DNA from: Eledone cirrhosa
Taxonomy: Eukaryota
Reading direction: 5' to 3'
Assembly (NCBI GenBank): GCA_964016885.1
Contig: OZ024746.1
Coordinates: 20,460,001-20,524,000, forward strand
Length of the DNA stretch: 64,000 nucleotides
Position 1 is the first letter of the stretch, and the number at the start of each line of letters is the position of its first letter. Shown here piece by piece: positions 1-24,420 of this stretch. The position numbers were made by a program, and so were the translations under genes. Under the pieces are notes generated by a model. The model was not told the DNA's origin. It was given only the letters and a program-made list of their open reading frames with translations, and did no database searches.

Positions 1-679
1 CCACAAGAATGCTTCATAGGAAGTTGCGACCCATGCTATATGCTGTCAAAGCGGGAGTTAAACTTGTTCAAAAGTATCAGCCATAGCAGTTGGTGGTCTG
101 ATGCGTCACATTTTCCACTAAAATGCGGAGGCCTCCATATGTCGGTGCTAATTATTCTTTTGCGTCACTCTCATCTATGTAATACATATCGATTCCATCT
201 CCTCTATCTTCTTCAGCTATGTGAAACAGGCTTGCACGGGGCCACTGGCTGAAAATTTAATCGAGATATATCTAGGTATAATATATTATTTATGGTAGAA
301 AAAAAAATGAATAGATAAATAAAATAAAATATTGAACCCTTTAAATATTGTGGGACCCCTGGTTACAGCCCAGCCAGCTCCTCTCCCCCCTCCAATCTAT
401 CACTTTTTACATTTAATAGTTAATTAAGACAAAACTCCATGGGAAATTGGACAGAAGCCCACTTCTACCATGCAAGTGTTTTGATTCTTAACTTTTTACA
501 CTTTAAAGCTGGGCTACATTCAGGCATGTCTTTCTGCTGACACCATTTTTTCCATTGCCTGAGATCGTACCTGACCCCAAAGGCTAGTGATTAGGTGATT
601 AGGCTTTTAAAGCCATGTCACCTTGCGACAGATTCTTGCTGTAAGAAGAGAAATTTAAGCCCTATAAAGTTAACTTTTG

Positions 680-1400
680 TTCCTTCTTGACTAGATCCAC
701 CTGGAACTCTTACCAGCTGCTTTTGCTGTTGTCTTTATGGCTCTGGTCCTATTCTTCCCAGAAATCGATAGCTGTGTTTTTATGAGATAGGTGAATTTGC
801 CTACAATAGCCACACTCCGACCTTTATGGTAAAAACTTTTAGAAACTCGATTGCCTCCAGCTGCTGACTAGATAGGTATGCTTCTCAGTCGTGTAGATAT
901 AGGCTTTTTCCATTCAGCTTTCATATGGCACCGTGAATTCAATCAGAATAAATTGATTTGATTAGTAGGAATGTATTACCGTATGCGGTTTATATCACTT
1001 ATGCCGATGGTCTCTCACTGTTTCTATTCTGGAATATCTTCTGTGCACTCCTAGTAATTGGATCAACCTGGATCAACTGCACCATGTAGGAGTGCAGTTG
1101 ATCCAGGCCATAATTTGCTGCCTCCTTTTGAGGCAATCCAGTAAAGAACGTTGCCGGGTCTTATGGTGATGTTTTTCATCTGACAGTCGTAATCACACTA
1201 GTGATCTCTTTAAACAATCTAGCTGTGCCTCCCTTGGGGGAGTTCCACTGTTTGTCTGCCATAGAAGATATTGGCACTTGAGGGTAAGAAATCATAAGCA
1301 AATGTACGGATGAAACTGATTCTAACAGGGGCCATATGTCATATGACATTCCAGTATCTTTGGAGTACTCCTTTCCACGTTATCCACTGCTCTATAGACG
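680..1400 (-). mobile_element. Degenerate restriction-like-endonuclease (RLE) non-LTR retrotransposon remnant (HERO/NeSL-like C-terminus)
   Basis: Broken minus-strand frames give FIRTFAYDFLPSSAN, KPHTVIHS..QFILIEFTVPYES and AAGKSSRWI*SRR, matching the YDxLPxxxNL / RPDxV...LIELTVPWE / AAExSSxWLW pattern. Confidence 0.55.
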
Positions 1401-1605
1401 CTGCTGAATCGCCTTCTTTTGTGATCATCTTCCGTCTCCTGCAACACCACGCCGTCATTTATTTAATGATATAGACACTGTTTACACATACACACACACA
1501 TATTTGTATGATTCATTGGAGAATCCACAAGTCTGATGAGCTATCGATCCCAGCGTCTGGGGCGATCAATAATGATCGAACCTTCAGTTGATCGATCGCG
1601 AAACA

Positions 1606-1762
1606 TAATTGGTTCTACTTTTGGCACAAGGCCAGCAACATTACTGGTACTTTATTTTATCGACCCTGTGAGGATGAAAGGCAAAGTTAACCTCAGATCG
1701 TAAAGGGACGTAACTATGCTGGAAAGCATGTTCGACCCTCTACCGATACCGCCAATTCACCG
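1606..1762 (-). mobile_element. SINE (major family) with 10-bp TSD aaacataatt
   Basis: Reverse complement of the recurring SINE; TSD at 1601-1610 and 1766-1775. Confidence 0.8.
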
Positions 1763-2107
1763 AATAAACATAATTATGCTATATTGATACTTCGTTCCTG
1801 CTCCTTATTATGATTATTAAATCCCGCCGAGGTTTCATCCTTAAGGGATCGATAAAATAAAGCACCACTGGGGTCGATTTAATCGACTTTCCTCTCCTCC
1901 AAGTTGCTGGCCTAGTGCCTGAATCAGAAACCATTATTATTATTATTATTATATATATTATTATATCTGAGTTCAAATCCCGCCGAGGTTAACTTTGCCT
2001 TTCATCCTTATGGGGTCGATAAAATAAAGTACCAGTAAAGTACTGGATAATTGCTGGCCTTGTGCCAAAAGTAGAAACAATTTTTATTATATGCTTCCTA
2101 AGGATGC

Positions 2108-2310
2108 CGAATTTCAATTTTATTGTGATGTATATCCTTTTAAGTGTGATTACTACTAAAAAAAGAAACAAACAACAACAGCAAGCAAACAAGGAACCAA
2201 CAAATATCCAAACAAAACTGATGTTTAGTTCTAACTACCAAGATCCATCCCAGGTTAGTTACAGAAAAAATGTGGGATTCAACAGTTCCTGTTTCAGATA
2301 AACAAGAAAT
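2108..2310 (+). repeat. 203-bp near-perfect duplicate of 2748-2950 (THAP gene 5' region)
   Basis: cgaatttcaatttt...cagataaacaagaaat present twice, offset 640 bp. Confidence 0.9.
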
Positions 2311-2639
2311 ACCAAACGTTAGATACCACATAGGCAACCGGACCCATGTTGGCACTCAGTGCTGAAATTGGTGACCCAATAGTAACTAAACGTTACACGT
2401 CAATAAACACAATCACACACACACATTTATATATATATAAATATGAGTCCCTGTTTCAATATATTAGTAAAGTGTAAGGTAAGCATCAAATTTAATATAG
2501 AAACGGCTTCTAGAACTAATTCATTCGGAAATATAATTATATAAATACTCCTTTCCCTCTTTACATATATATACAAATTATCTGGCGGGTGGGTAAAAAA
2601 ACTACAATTAATCGAGTACTTTGCGTGTACGAAACCGAA

Positions 2640-2652
2640 CCGGAAGTGACGT
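2640..2652 (+). promoter_or_regulatory. ETS site overlapping a CRE half-site (CCGGAAGTGACGT), likely promoter of the THAP gene
   Basis: ccggaagtgacgt about 260 bp upstream of the first ATG. Confidence 0.45.
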
Positions 2653-2909
2653 TGGTGGTTCTATGTTCCTGTCTAAATTTTTCGACATGCTTTCGGAAGC
2701 AATCAAAACAAAACTTTATATAATTAACTAGCATTGCAGTTTACATTCGAATTTCAATTTTATTGTGATGTATATCCTTTTAAATGTGATTACTACTAAA
2801 AAAAGAAACAAACAACAACAGCAAGCAAACAAGGAACCAACAAATATCCAAACAAAACTGATGTTTAGTTCTAACTACCAAGATCCATCCCAGGTTAGTG
2901 ACAGAAAAA

Positions 2910-3358
2910 ATGTGGGATTCAACAGTTCCTGTTCCAGATAAACAAGAAATGGCTGATGGTAAAACCACTACAATGACAACTTCAACAGTAATAACGACAA
3001 CGACAACAGCAATAGCGACAGCAACAACAACCACAACAACATCGATGGTTTTATCGAACTCAGAGATATCCATCACATCGTCGCCAATATCTACAGAGAC
3101 TCCGGTGACTGTAGCTGTTGCGACAATCAAGCCATCATCAAACGAAAATAAAACTAAACTACTACAGCTGTTCATCTCAAAACAAAAAGGACAGAACGCT
3201 TTTTGTTGCGTGCCGATGTGTAAGAATTCTTCAAAGAAAAACCCGAATTTACATTTTCATACGTTTCCAAAAGAAGACAAAATTATTTCCTCTGGTGCTC
3301 GCTGTGGAGAAAATCTTAGAAAAGTTTGGTTTTGTCAGATCCACCGCAACAAATTCAA
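2910..3358 (+). CDS. THAP-Harbinger gene exon 1 (Thr-rich N-terminus, first half of THAP domain)
   Basis: ORF 2898-3362 with CCVPMC and FHTFP; donor aa|gtaatt at 3358/3359. Confidence 0.8.
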
Positions 3359-6300
3359 GTAATTTTAAACTATTGAATAATCGAGATTCACGTCCCTTAT
3401 TACAATTAAACGAAATTTAAGAATTTAATTTTTAAGAAATATTCTCTACAATGCATTATTAATATTTAGTGAGAGGATATATTAAAATAAACAAATTATA
3501 TTTTATTTACGAAACCCATATATACACAACGTTATGTTGCTACTTATTACTGTCGCAGACAAATATTACTATACTGTTTAAAGAAAAACATTGTTTTTAT
3601 TGAAGATATAATATAGTTTAATTTTACATGCAAGTTTTTTAAAGTAATATATTTCGTTTAATTTTTCCTTGTCTAATATAGGGCGGGATCCTTTATTGTC
3701 TGTCACCATTCAATTTATAAGGGTCCTAGCAATAATTAATTGGGCACTACAACGGAATTGGATGTCAGAAGTGAAAGTAGAAGAAAGTGACGTCAATCTA
3801 ACGTCATTCGTCAACCTTCGTTTATTACCGTATCACCACGCGTTTATTTATGTTTATTTACGTTTAGCGTAATCGATTTGTTTCTGTATCACCACGTGTT
3901 TTATTTCATAGTCATAGTTATCAAATTAGAAAACAAATGAAGTTCATGGGGCCGACACTACCGACTTCCAGGCCAGTTTCTTGAAGTTAGTGTTGTAGAA
4001 AGAGAATTACCGACAAACTATTTTTTCAGCCTGAGACGTTTGGAGGTGCTGGGCCGCTGACGACATTCTTGTTCATATTGGTGACTCCCCTTACCGAGGT
4101 ATCAGGCGATGCCCGTGAGGGTGCTTGGTTGTTCCAGCGCCTTAGCCTAGCTATCACTCGCGGTAATGCTGCCAGTGTGTTGGCTTGTCTCAAAATATAT
4201 TTGAGGGAGGCTGCAGCGTCCCTTGTGGTGTGTAACCGATTGACACCCCTTAGTATTGAATTAATATTTTCTTTTGTTTTGATTCTATATTTGTGTGTGA
4301 AATATTTATGTAATTAAGTATTGTATATGTTATTTGTATGTATATTTTCATTCTGTAAGAATTATAAACATACATTTAATCATGTATGTCATTTGTACAT
4401 ATATGGTGATCATTCATCCTAAAAATGAATTATTAAAAAAAAATATAAACGTTATATCATTTGCATCGCAGAACTCCAGAACCTTAATTCCTTGTAACCA
4501 TAGCCATTATGTCCTTTAAAATTGCCAGCTAAAATAATGGTTTCTGATTTTGGGGGAGAAGCAAGTCGATTAAATTGACTCCATAGCATTATAAGTGCTT
4601 TATTTTATCGACTCCCGTAAGGATGAAAGGCAAAGTTTAACCTCGGCGGGATTTGAGCTCAGAATGCAAATGAACGTAACTCTATACTGCAAAGCATGTT
4701 GAAATAATGAAGTTACTGTCATTTGTTATTGAGGGGATCTGCAAGTGGACCTCATAAATGATCCTCATGCTCATCAGACAATTCTGATTGTGGTGTGTAA
4801 ACAGAAAAATAAACAGTTACCGAGGACTTTTCTAGGACTAGATAAAGTTTAATTATTGCCACTTACCCTCACCACCCCAATTATGTTATCTGTATATTTC
4901 CCTGCTAATAACAGGTCCACTCCGTCTACCCATTCATTATTTTCAAACTGTTCTTTTGTCTGAGAAGAGTCGTGGTCTAGACACCACATCACTTCGTGTA
5001 CACATTCATTTTGTCTTCACTCAGTCATCTCCATTATCTCCCCTGATCCACCCTTCATTATCACACCGCATTGTGCCTTCTCAACCGTGCGGGCTTGAGC
5101 GCAGAGCACGCACCGCTCAGATGCGAGAGCGATTCGACCCTCGCCCCGCATCTCCTACAGGAGCGATCACCCCTATTCCTTCTCGCGAGGCATTTCCTTG
5201 TGGGGAACGTGTTCGAGCGAACCTTCAGACAGCCCAAGGGCGGTGGATTGGTAGTATCAGTAGAGGGTAAGACATGCTTTCCAGCGTAGTTACGTCCCTT
5301 TACGATCTGAGTTCAAATCCCGCCGAGGTTAACTTTGCCTTTCATCCTTACGGGGTCGATGAAATAAAGTACCAGTAATACACTGGGTAATTGCTGGCCT
5401 TGTGCCAAAAGTAGAAACAATTATCAATCTTGATTGTGGCAGCCCTAGTAAAGGGATCATAGCTTCATCATTCCACCTACCCAGCGTATAAAATCCTGGC
5501 TATAATCTAGTGCTCTATAGTTAAATTATTAGTATGCTACATCATATAAAATTCTGGCCAACACTAAGTGCTTTATTTTAAAATTATTTGCCAATAGTTT
5601 GTAGTAATAGAGTTACGGCCCTTTAAATTCTGAGTTCAAATCTTGCTGAGGTTAGCTTTGCTTTTCATCTTTACGGAGTCGATAAAAATAAAATACTAGT
5701 TATGCACTGGAGTCGATTTAATCGACTTTACCCCTCCCACAAAATTGTTGGTCTTTATCAAAATATTTTAGAAATTTCCATAATTATAATTATTAAATTA
5801 ACCCAATTTATAATGTAAAGTGATTTTCTTCTAAATATTGTAATATTTAAATTTTTATTTCAGAATTACAAAAGATACACTTGTCTGCAGTGAACATTTC
5901 AAGAACGAAGACTATAAGCCAAGAACTCGAAGAAACAAACTTTATGGACAACCTGGTCACTCACTTCGGCTTTATGATAATGCTTATCCAACATTATTTA
6001 ACTGGAATAACTGGGGTCAAGGAACTGGGGATTGTCAAATGGAGACGAATAACAGTTGTAACTTTGAACATACTGAAGTACCAGTCATTGATATGATGCA
6101 TAATTATAGCCTTCCAAGTGGAATAGATAACGCTGGTATGGTTATTCAGGATTTACGGAGGCAACTTGATCAAGCAAAAATTGACAGCTTTCGGTTTTCT
6201 TTAGAGCGGTACAGTGCTGATGATGCATTAGTTGAACACTACACTGGTTTTGAATCTTACGAAATTTTAATGACATTCTTTCACACTCTTGAAGAGTGGG

Positions 6301-7115
6301 AACATGCTTCAATTATGCGGTCTAAGATTCGTGTAAGTAGTCGCACTACTGATGGATTACAACCTGTCAGCTGTGAGAAAGGGCTTCAGTTAATTGACCA
6401 GTTAGTTCTCTACCAAATGTATATATATCGTGGACTGTCTATAATGGATTTAGCTGCTAGATTTTTGGTACCAGTCCATACTGTTTTGGATATCATTGTT
6501 ACCTGGGCAGATATTTTGTTCTTTTTTCTTGGAGTAATGACAGTTTGGCCTTCTAAAGAGGTGAAGGGAACTCTGTTGCCTAATAGCTTGAAGTCTTCCA
6601 AATTGAACAATACCCGTGTTTGTCTTGAATATGTAGAATTAAGATCAGAGACTGTTGCATCACATGGTTTGAAAAGTCTATCATATAAAGAGTACAAGTC
6701 AACTTACACTTACAAAGGTCTTGTGGCCATTGTACCTAATGGCACAGTGACATTTGTATCTCCTCTTATGTCTTATTCCCTGACAGATTATGATATAACA
6801 CTAAAATCTGGTGTTTTAGATCGCTGTGAAAATGGTGATGCTGTAGTTGCGGATAGTGATCTTAACATAGATAAACTATGTGCTGATCGTGGAATCAAAG
6901 TATATTATTGTGATTACAAAATGGGGGAAACGTCTGAAATAACTGCAGAAGACATGACTTTACTCTGGTCACCCGTCAAAAATGTTTTGAGAAAAATTCT
7001 AAAAAATCAACTCTTTATTTGTGTTCCAACTACTATCAAAGACACAGTCTCACAGATGTGGACAGTAGCTTGTCTACTTTGCAATTTCCAGACACAACAA
7101 ACTAAAACAACATAA
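2910..7115 (+). CDS. THAP-domain + Harbinger/PIF (HTH_Tnp_4/DDE_Tnp_4-like) transposase-derived protein; exons 2910-3358 and 5864-7115 (~566 aa; alternative start ATG 2949)
   Basis: Exon 1 encodes CCVPMC...HFHTFP...W. The GT donor at 3359 and tttcag acceptor at 5863 join in frame to KITKDTLVCSEHF...AYPTLF (THAP C2CH plus AVPTIF-like box), which continues into ORF 6039-7115 with HYTGF, LAARF, TYKGLVAIVPNGTVTFVS and GDAVVAD motifs typical of Harbinger-type nucleases. Confidence 0.85.
4020..4190 (+). mobile_element. RLE non-LTR retrotransposon (CRE-like) 3' fragment in the THAP intron
   Basis: WLFQRLSLAITRGNAASVL motif. Confidence 0.6.
5238..5422 (+). mobile_element. tRNA-derived SINE, major family (representative full copy)
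   Basis: gggcggtggattgg...ctgagttcaaatcccgccgagg...gcctttcatccttacggggtcgat...gtagaaacaatt. More than 20 copies in the window, e.g. 1968, 4540(-), 5605, 9790, 10477(-), 10680(-), 21865(-), 22843, 24470, 26450(-), 27990, 28212, 33360, 36779, 37473(-), 40570(-), 42080, 44742, 46360, 49517(-), 61250(-), 61447(-). Confidence 0.85.
5864..7115 (+). CDS. THAP-Harbinger gene exon 2 (CSEHF/AYPTLF, coiled coil, HTH, DDE-like domain)
   Basis: Acceptor atttttatttcag|a; open in frame with ORF 6039-7115. Confidence 0.85.
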
Positions 7116-8864
7116 CTGCTAAACTACTTTGATCTGTATTTTGTAAAAAAATGTATGTATTAAAATGTATTAATTCATGTATTTTACCATAGCTTTCTGA
7201 GTGAAATTGAGTAAACAGAAAACGTTTGGATGAACTACTTTAATTCTAAGGGCCAACCTTGCCATGCTGAGTCTCTCTGTGAATAATCAACCTCTGACCA
7301 AGGCCAGATTTATCAGGGGTGCAAATGCCCTGGGCACCCTTCTAGGAAGTCATGCCTCCCCACCAATGTCTAAATATGGCTTTGCCTTGTACAAATATAA
7401 CAAGCAGGCCATGCAACTAGAACACTCATCATTGAAACTGATCAAAGTCTATTTATTTCAATTCTACTGGTTTAATGTCAGGTCTTGTTATTGTGATTTG
7501 AATGGAATAACCATATTTATTGTTATTCTTTGTGTTTGCATCTATATAATGGTTAAAATAGATTGAAGGTCAAAGTACTGAATTACAATATATATATATA
7601 TGGTAATTCAGTACTTTGATCTCCAATCTATTTTATATATATATATAGAGTAGGTAACACGGTAAAAACCTCCCAGTCCACACTGTAAACGTGGTTGGTG
7701 TTAGGAAGGGCATCCAGCCATAGAAAACCTGCCAGACAGTCCTATACGAGCAGGACAACCAATCTTGCTTCAAGTGGGAAAACTCCCGTCCAAACCCATG
7801 CAAGCGTGGAAGATGGACGTTAAACGATGATGATGATATATATATATATATATAGCCATGAGTTCAAAGTAATGAACTCATCATCATTTTACGTCCACTT
7901 TTCCCTGCTTGCAAGGGTGGGACGGGAACTGATTCTGGCTGGATGCCCTTCCTAACACCAACCTCATTTACAGTGAGTGCTGGGTGCTTTTTTGCCGTGG
8001 AATGATATGGACCCTAGTCCCTATCATCTCATTTCTACAGCTGAGTAAACTGGAGCAATGTGAAATAAAGTGTCTTGCTCAAGGAAACAACACATCACCC
8101 GGTCTGAGAATTGAACTCACAACCTTTCGATTGCAAGGCCAATGCACTTTGTGGTTCAGTGATTGGTGTTAAGAATTCTATTCATGCTAGCGTAGAAAAC
8201 TATGTAAACTCTGAGAATTATTGTATTTCCCGGCGCTGAAGACGCACCCTAATTTTGACAACCAAAAATTTGAAAAAAATAATAAACAACCTTTGGCCTC
8301 CAGGACGCATGGGAGTTTTTTTTGAGACTTATTTTAGGAAAAAAGTAGTCTCTTCAACACTAATACAGTACATCTCTTGTTCTAAGGTTTGATCTAAACC
8401 CCCATCACATTCCAAGCCTTTGAGTACTAGCTCACTCAGCAAAATATTTCAATTCATTAGTTAATACATAGTTACTTTTTTTTGTTTGTTTGCATCTGGT
8501 CCCTACTATATGTTCTTATGACTAGAATCAGTATCATACTATTCTTTCTTTTCCCTTGTAACTCCCAAGGGAGTCATAGGGACGCCATATTGACATACAG
8601 CGTTTCCAGAGCATTTAAAAAAAACCTGGTGGACCAGTCTCCTCACTAGGTCTGAATACAACAGATTTCTTACAGAGAAGGATGGAAATGAGAAAGAATC
8701 AACCCCAGTACTAGACTGGCACTTTTTTTATCAACCGCGGATCATACTATTATCGCAAACAAAAAATACACAGCTAGAGCTACATAATAGTGTGAGACGA
8801 GAATTGAAATATTAGGAAATTAACAAATAAGAGAATCCACAGAAATTCAATAGTAAATACAAAC

Positions 8865-8870
8865 TTTATT
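8865..8870 (-). terminator. Candidate MCM5 polyadenylation signal AATAAA
   Basis: tttatt on + strand, ~125 nt past the stop codon. Confidence 0.5.
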
Positions 8871-8992
8871 CAGAATCAATTATCAAATTTAGTCATATCA
8901 ATACAGAATATACAAAAGAAAATAAATGCATTCAAGATTTGTGATTTATAACAACTTTTTTATCTACATACTTAAAAACGTTGAGGCAAACA

Positions 8993-20618
<11,626 letters not shown>

Positions 20619-20680
20619 TTTCCGAATTAATTTAGATACAATAAAGAAATCAACACAACTATGTCGTGAAAGTGTGCAAC

Positions 20681-20703
20681 TTGGCGGGAGATATTTCGCG
20701 CGC
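20681..20703. promoter_or_regulatory. Paired E2F sites in the MCM5 promoter
   Basis: TTGGCGGGA (20681-20689) and TTTCGCGCG (20694-20702), 60-85 bp upstream of the MCM5 ATG; MCM genes are established E2F targets. Confidence 0.75.
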
Positions 20704-21095
20704 TTTTCTTGATACCAATATAAAAACTGCCGTGGACTAACCGAAAAGAATAAACATTTAATAAAAAGGCGAAACGAAAAAGGTTATTCTAGAGCAAGAT
20801 TCAAAACAAAGAGGGATTTTTAGTTAGATTATAAAGACAAAGTCTGGCGTATCTGATATTTAAGAAAAAATTATACCATTTTGAAATTCAGCGGGGTAGT
20901 TTTGGAGAAACTAAAAAAACCCCACTAAATGCTTTTCATTTCCTTCTTTTGTCCCCTTTAATAGTTTGTTTGGTTTTTGTATAAATAGTTTTGTAAAATT
21001 TCAAACGGTGAATTTCATACTTTGTTTATACTATTTTGTATCAATACACATAAACACAATTTATGTAATATATATATATATATCTATCTATCTAA

Positions 21096-21270
21096 GGCGG
21101 GTAGAATTCCCGAGATCCATAGACGAGTTCTCTCCAGCGGTCTCTGTCCCTCATTACCGCTGCCATGTCCTGCATCTCCAACAGACCAGTGTCTGTCCTT
21201 AGGGCATCAACATACGTTAACCTTGGTCTTCTTCTAGTGTGTCCATGTAGGGGTTCCCAAAGGAGTACTG
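21096..21270 (-). mobile_element. RTE-like LINE 3' fragment
   Basis: VLLWEPLHGHTRRRPRLTYVDALRTDTG...DRDRWRELV, typical RTE C-terminal segment. Confidence 0.65.
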
Positions 21271-23352
21271 AGTGCAATAAATATAAAAAAAAACAAAACA
21301 AATCAATAGAAATCAATCAAAGAAAAAGAAAATAGCATTTCAAAAGACTTGAATTATTCCGGATTTGAAAAAATATAGTTAAACGTTGGGACCACGGGGT
21401 GGATTAACCCAACCCTTAAACAGTGAGGTGTTAAACATTTATCGTTTACATTCAGTTAATAGGAATGTATTAAAAAAAATATGATTTCAAACTCTGGGAT
21501 ATACCAACCTACAGAGAGGCTAAAGCGTTAAACAACAACATAAGAAAGTTAACCGACATGTTTCTAAACGAAATAGCAGTTTGCATGTATTTTAATTAAA
21601 TTATTTTCTAAATTTTCACTACTATTTTTGAAACCTAGGAATTGTTACTCTTAGCTTGCAGGATACGGTGAAAATTTCAACAACTTTATTCGTGTAATTT
21701 ACAAATAAACTATACTTAGCCATTAAAACTTAATAAGTTTCGAAAACTGACTATGAAACAGGTGATGACTAGTGAATGTAGTGAACTATTAACAAGACAT
21801 TTCTTTCCTTACACATTTTTTATTTTTACTCATGATAATTTGTGGATTTTAGCTACGGAAATATGGTTTCTGATTTCGGCACAAGGCAAACAATTTTAGG
21901 GGACGGGAAAGTCGATTAAAACGACTCCAGTGCGTTACTGGTACTTTATTTTATCGACCTCGTAAAGATAAAAAAGGCAAAGCTAATCTTGGCAGGATTT
22001 GAACTTTAGCTTTCTCAACACTGATTTTAAATATATTGAAATTGTATTGTGTAGATATATAAATACTTTTTAAAGAATATAAATGTGTCTTTTGATAAAG
22101 TGTTTTTTATAAGAGTTTTGTGGCTTAAATTCCGATTTTAATTATTATATTTTTCTAAGCTAAATTCAAATGGGGCGACAAACATCAACAAAAGAATCTA
22201 CGCTGATGTGTAGTGAGAAATAGAGAATCACGGTAGTGATGATTTTTCTGTAATACATCTCTTATTTTTTATTTATTACTATCTCTGGAAACAGCAGCCG
22301 TTTCGTTTCTATTACAAATCATCATATCGACTTTGAATTTTATTTTCTCGTATTTATAAGGTAATCTTGCCGAATATGTGCATGAATTAAAAATGAATCT
22401 GACGATAGTGAAAAATATAAATAAACAAATCCCAAAACAATAACTGGAGTTTTTTGAATTATCGAAATAAATGGGTTTATTTTATCATGAATACTTCTAC
22501 GTTAACTAATTAATACACGTAATACACGTTTTTAAAATAAAAGCAATTTTTTACATATAGATGAAGCATCAAGTGTATCTGTTTGCAAGGATGGACATTT
22601 TATTACTCTCATTTGTAGATTTAAAAGAATGGACGTAGGGTTAAAAATATTATATTCATGGCTTATACATTGTTAATAAATTATTTTTCTTTACACACAC
22701 ACACTCAAACATAAACAATCTCTCTCTCACACACAAAATGTAGACGTTAGAAAAAGTTACTTCCCTTGAGAATAAACTAGTTTGAGTTGCTTCCCTTTGA
22801 AAACAATCCGGTTTTTCCAGCCGGGTCGTTTCCGTAGCTATTTGGTGGATAGGCAGTATCGGTAGAAGGTCGGACGCCATGCTTTGACGCATAGAGTTAC
22901 GGCCCTTGTCATTCTGAGTTCAAATCCCGCCGAGGTTAACTTTGCCTTTCATCTTTACGGGGTCGATAAAATAAAGTACCAGTAATGCGCTGGATAAATT
23001 GCTGGCCTTGTGCCAAAAGTAGAAACAATTATTTATACCAGGAAATAAATAGTAGGATCGTCTTTATGATATAAAGTATATACCTCTCAGATAGCGTATT
23101 ATTTACATTATAGAATACTCTCACAAAACGTATTATTTAAGGAAAGGGTAATAGGTAATATTTATTCTCATGTTTCTCTACGGGGTCGATAAAATAAAGT
23201 ACCAGTAATGGATTGGGTAATTTGCTGGCCTTGTGCTAAAAGTAGAAACAATTGTTTCTCTACGAAAGTGAAAAGATGCGATGTTTTACTGTCTGATCGC
23301 CCACCCACCACACATCTACATCTACACATGTATGTGTGTTGCTTCTGCTGAT

Positions 23353-23476
<124 letters not shown>

Positions 23477-23860
23477 CGTAACATATATATAAACAAACAT
23501 ACACACACACACACATATATATGTGTGTGTGTCATATTAAAATTTTGATTAATACGTAAAATTATTAATCATATCTGACAAATGCACAGGTCACCTAGAG
23601 TGCTAAAAATAGCCACTGTTAGAACCTAAAAGTCAGCTCTACTAATATAAAATTTAACAATTTTCATTAGGAGAAGTAATACAATACTTCAAGGGTAAGA
23701 AATTGTCAAGACAAAAAGTATCGATCTTTACCACCGTTATGTAGATTCATTCACCTACTTTCAGATCTTGTCATTGCAACTATATAAGTCTACATGCATG
23801 CATGGCATTTGCATACATTTTGTCATGACAATTTCTTGCCCGTGAATTATTATATATGTT

Positions 23861-23945
<85 letters not shown>

Positions 23946-24089
23946 GTGCAGTGGCGGACTGGGTCTAAAAATATTGGTTGCCATGAGATGAAGGGGCCCA
24001 CCTAATTATAGAATGCTATCATTTAATTTTTATAATGAATAAATAGCATTTCAAAAAATACATAAGTGGAAACAAAACAGTGCAATCAA

Positions 24090-24420
24090 ATTTTTGCAGA
24101 AAAATATCTTACTAGGTTTATAATTATTAATTTTCATTATACTTTTGTAACTGTCTCAGCGGCCTAGTTGGAGGAGTCATAGACGGTGGTGATCCAGGTC
24201 TGAAGTTTGATCCTGGTCGGGAGTAGGGTTCCCGGTGAACCTTTTCATTTTTTTTCTATGTGAAAATTGAAAAAAATTACTTGTTCCTCTCGACCGGGAT
24301 TGAACCCAAAACCAGGATCTCCACCGTCTCTAGTATTTACCGCTAGTCCACTGAGACAACTACGAAAATCTACTGAAAATTCATACTGATAAACCTACTT
24401 TTCAAAATTTTCAAAACAAA
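24090..24420. mobile_element. Palindromic element made of two inverted tRNA-like halves
   Basis: 24155-24222 (+) and 24287-24358 (-) each show box A / box B-like motifs and are mutually reverse-complementary; the symmetry extends into the flanks. Confidence 0.55.

Noticed and set aside
1067-1107. 16-bp perfect hairpin
   Set aside because: Local template-switch rearrangement inside a decayed LINE; no functional evidence.
2062-2355. Short ORFs 2062-2301 and 2140-2355
   Set aside because: They arise from a SINE tail plus the duplicated 5'-UTR segment.
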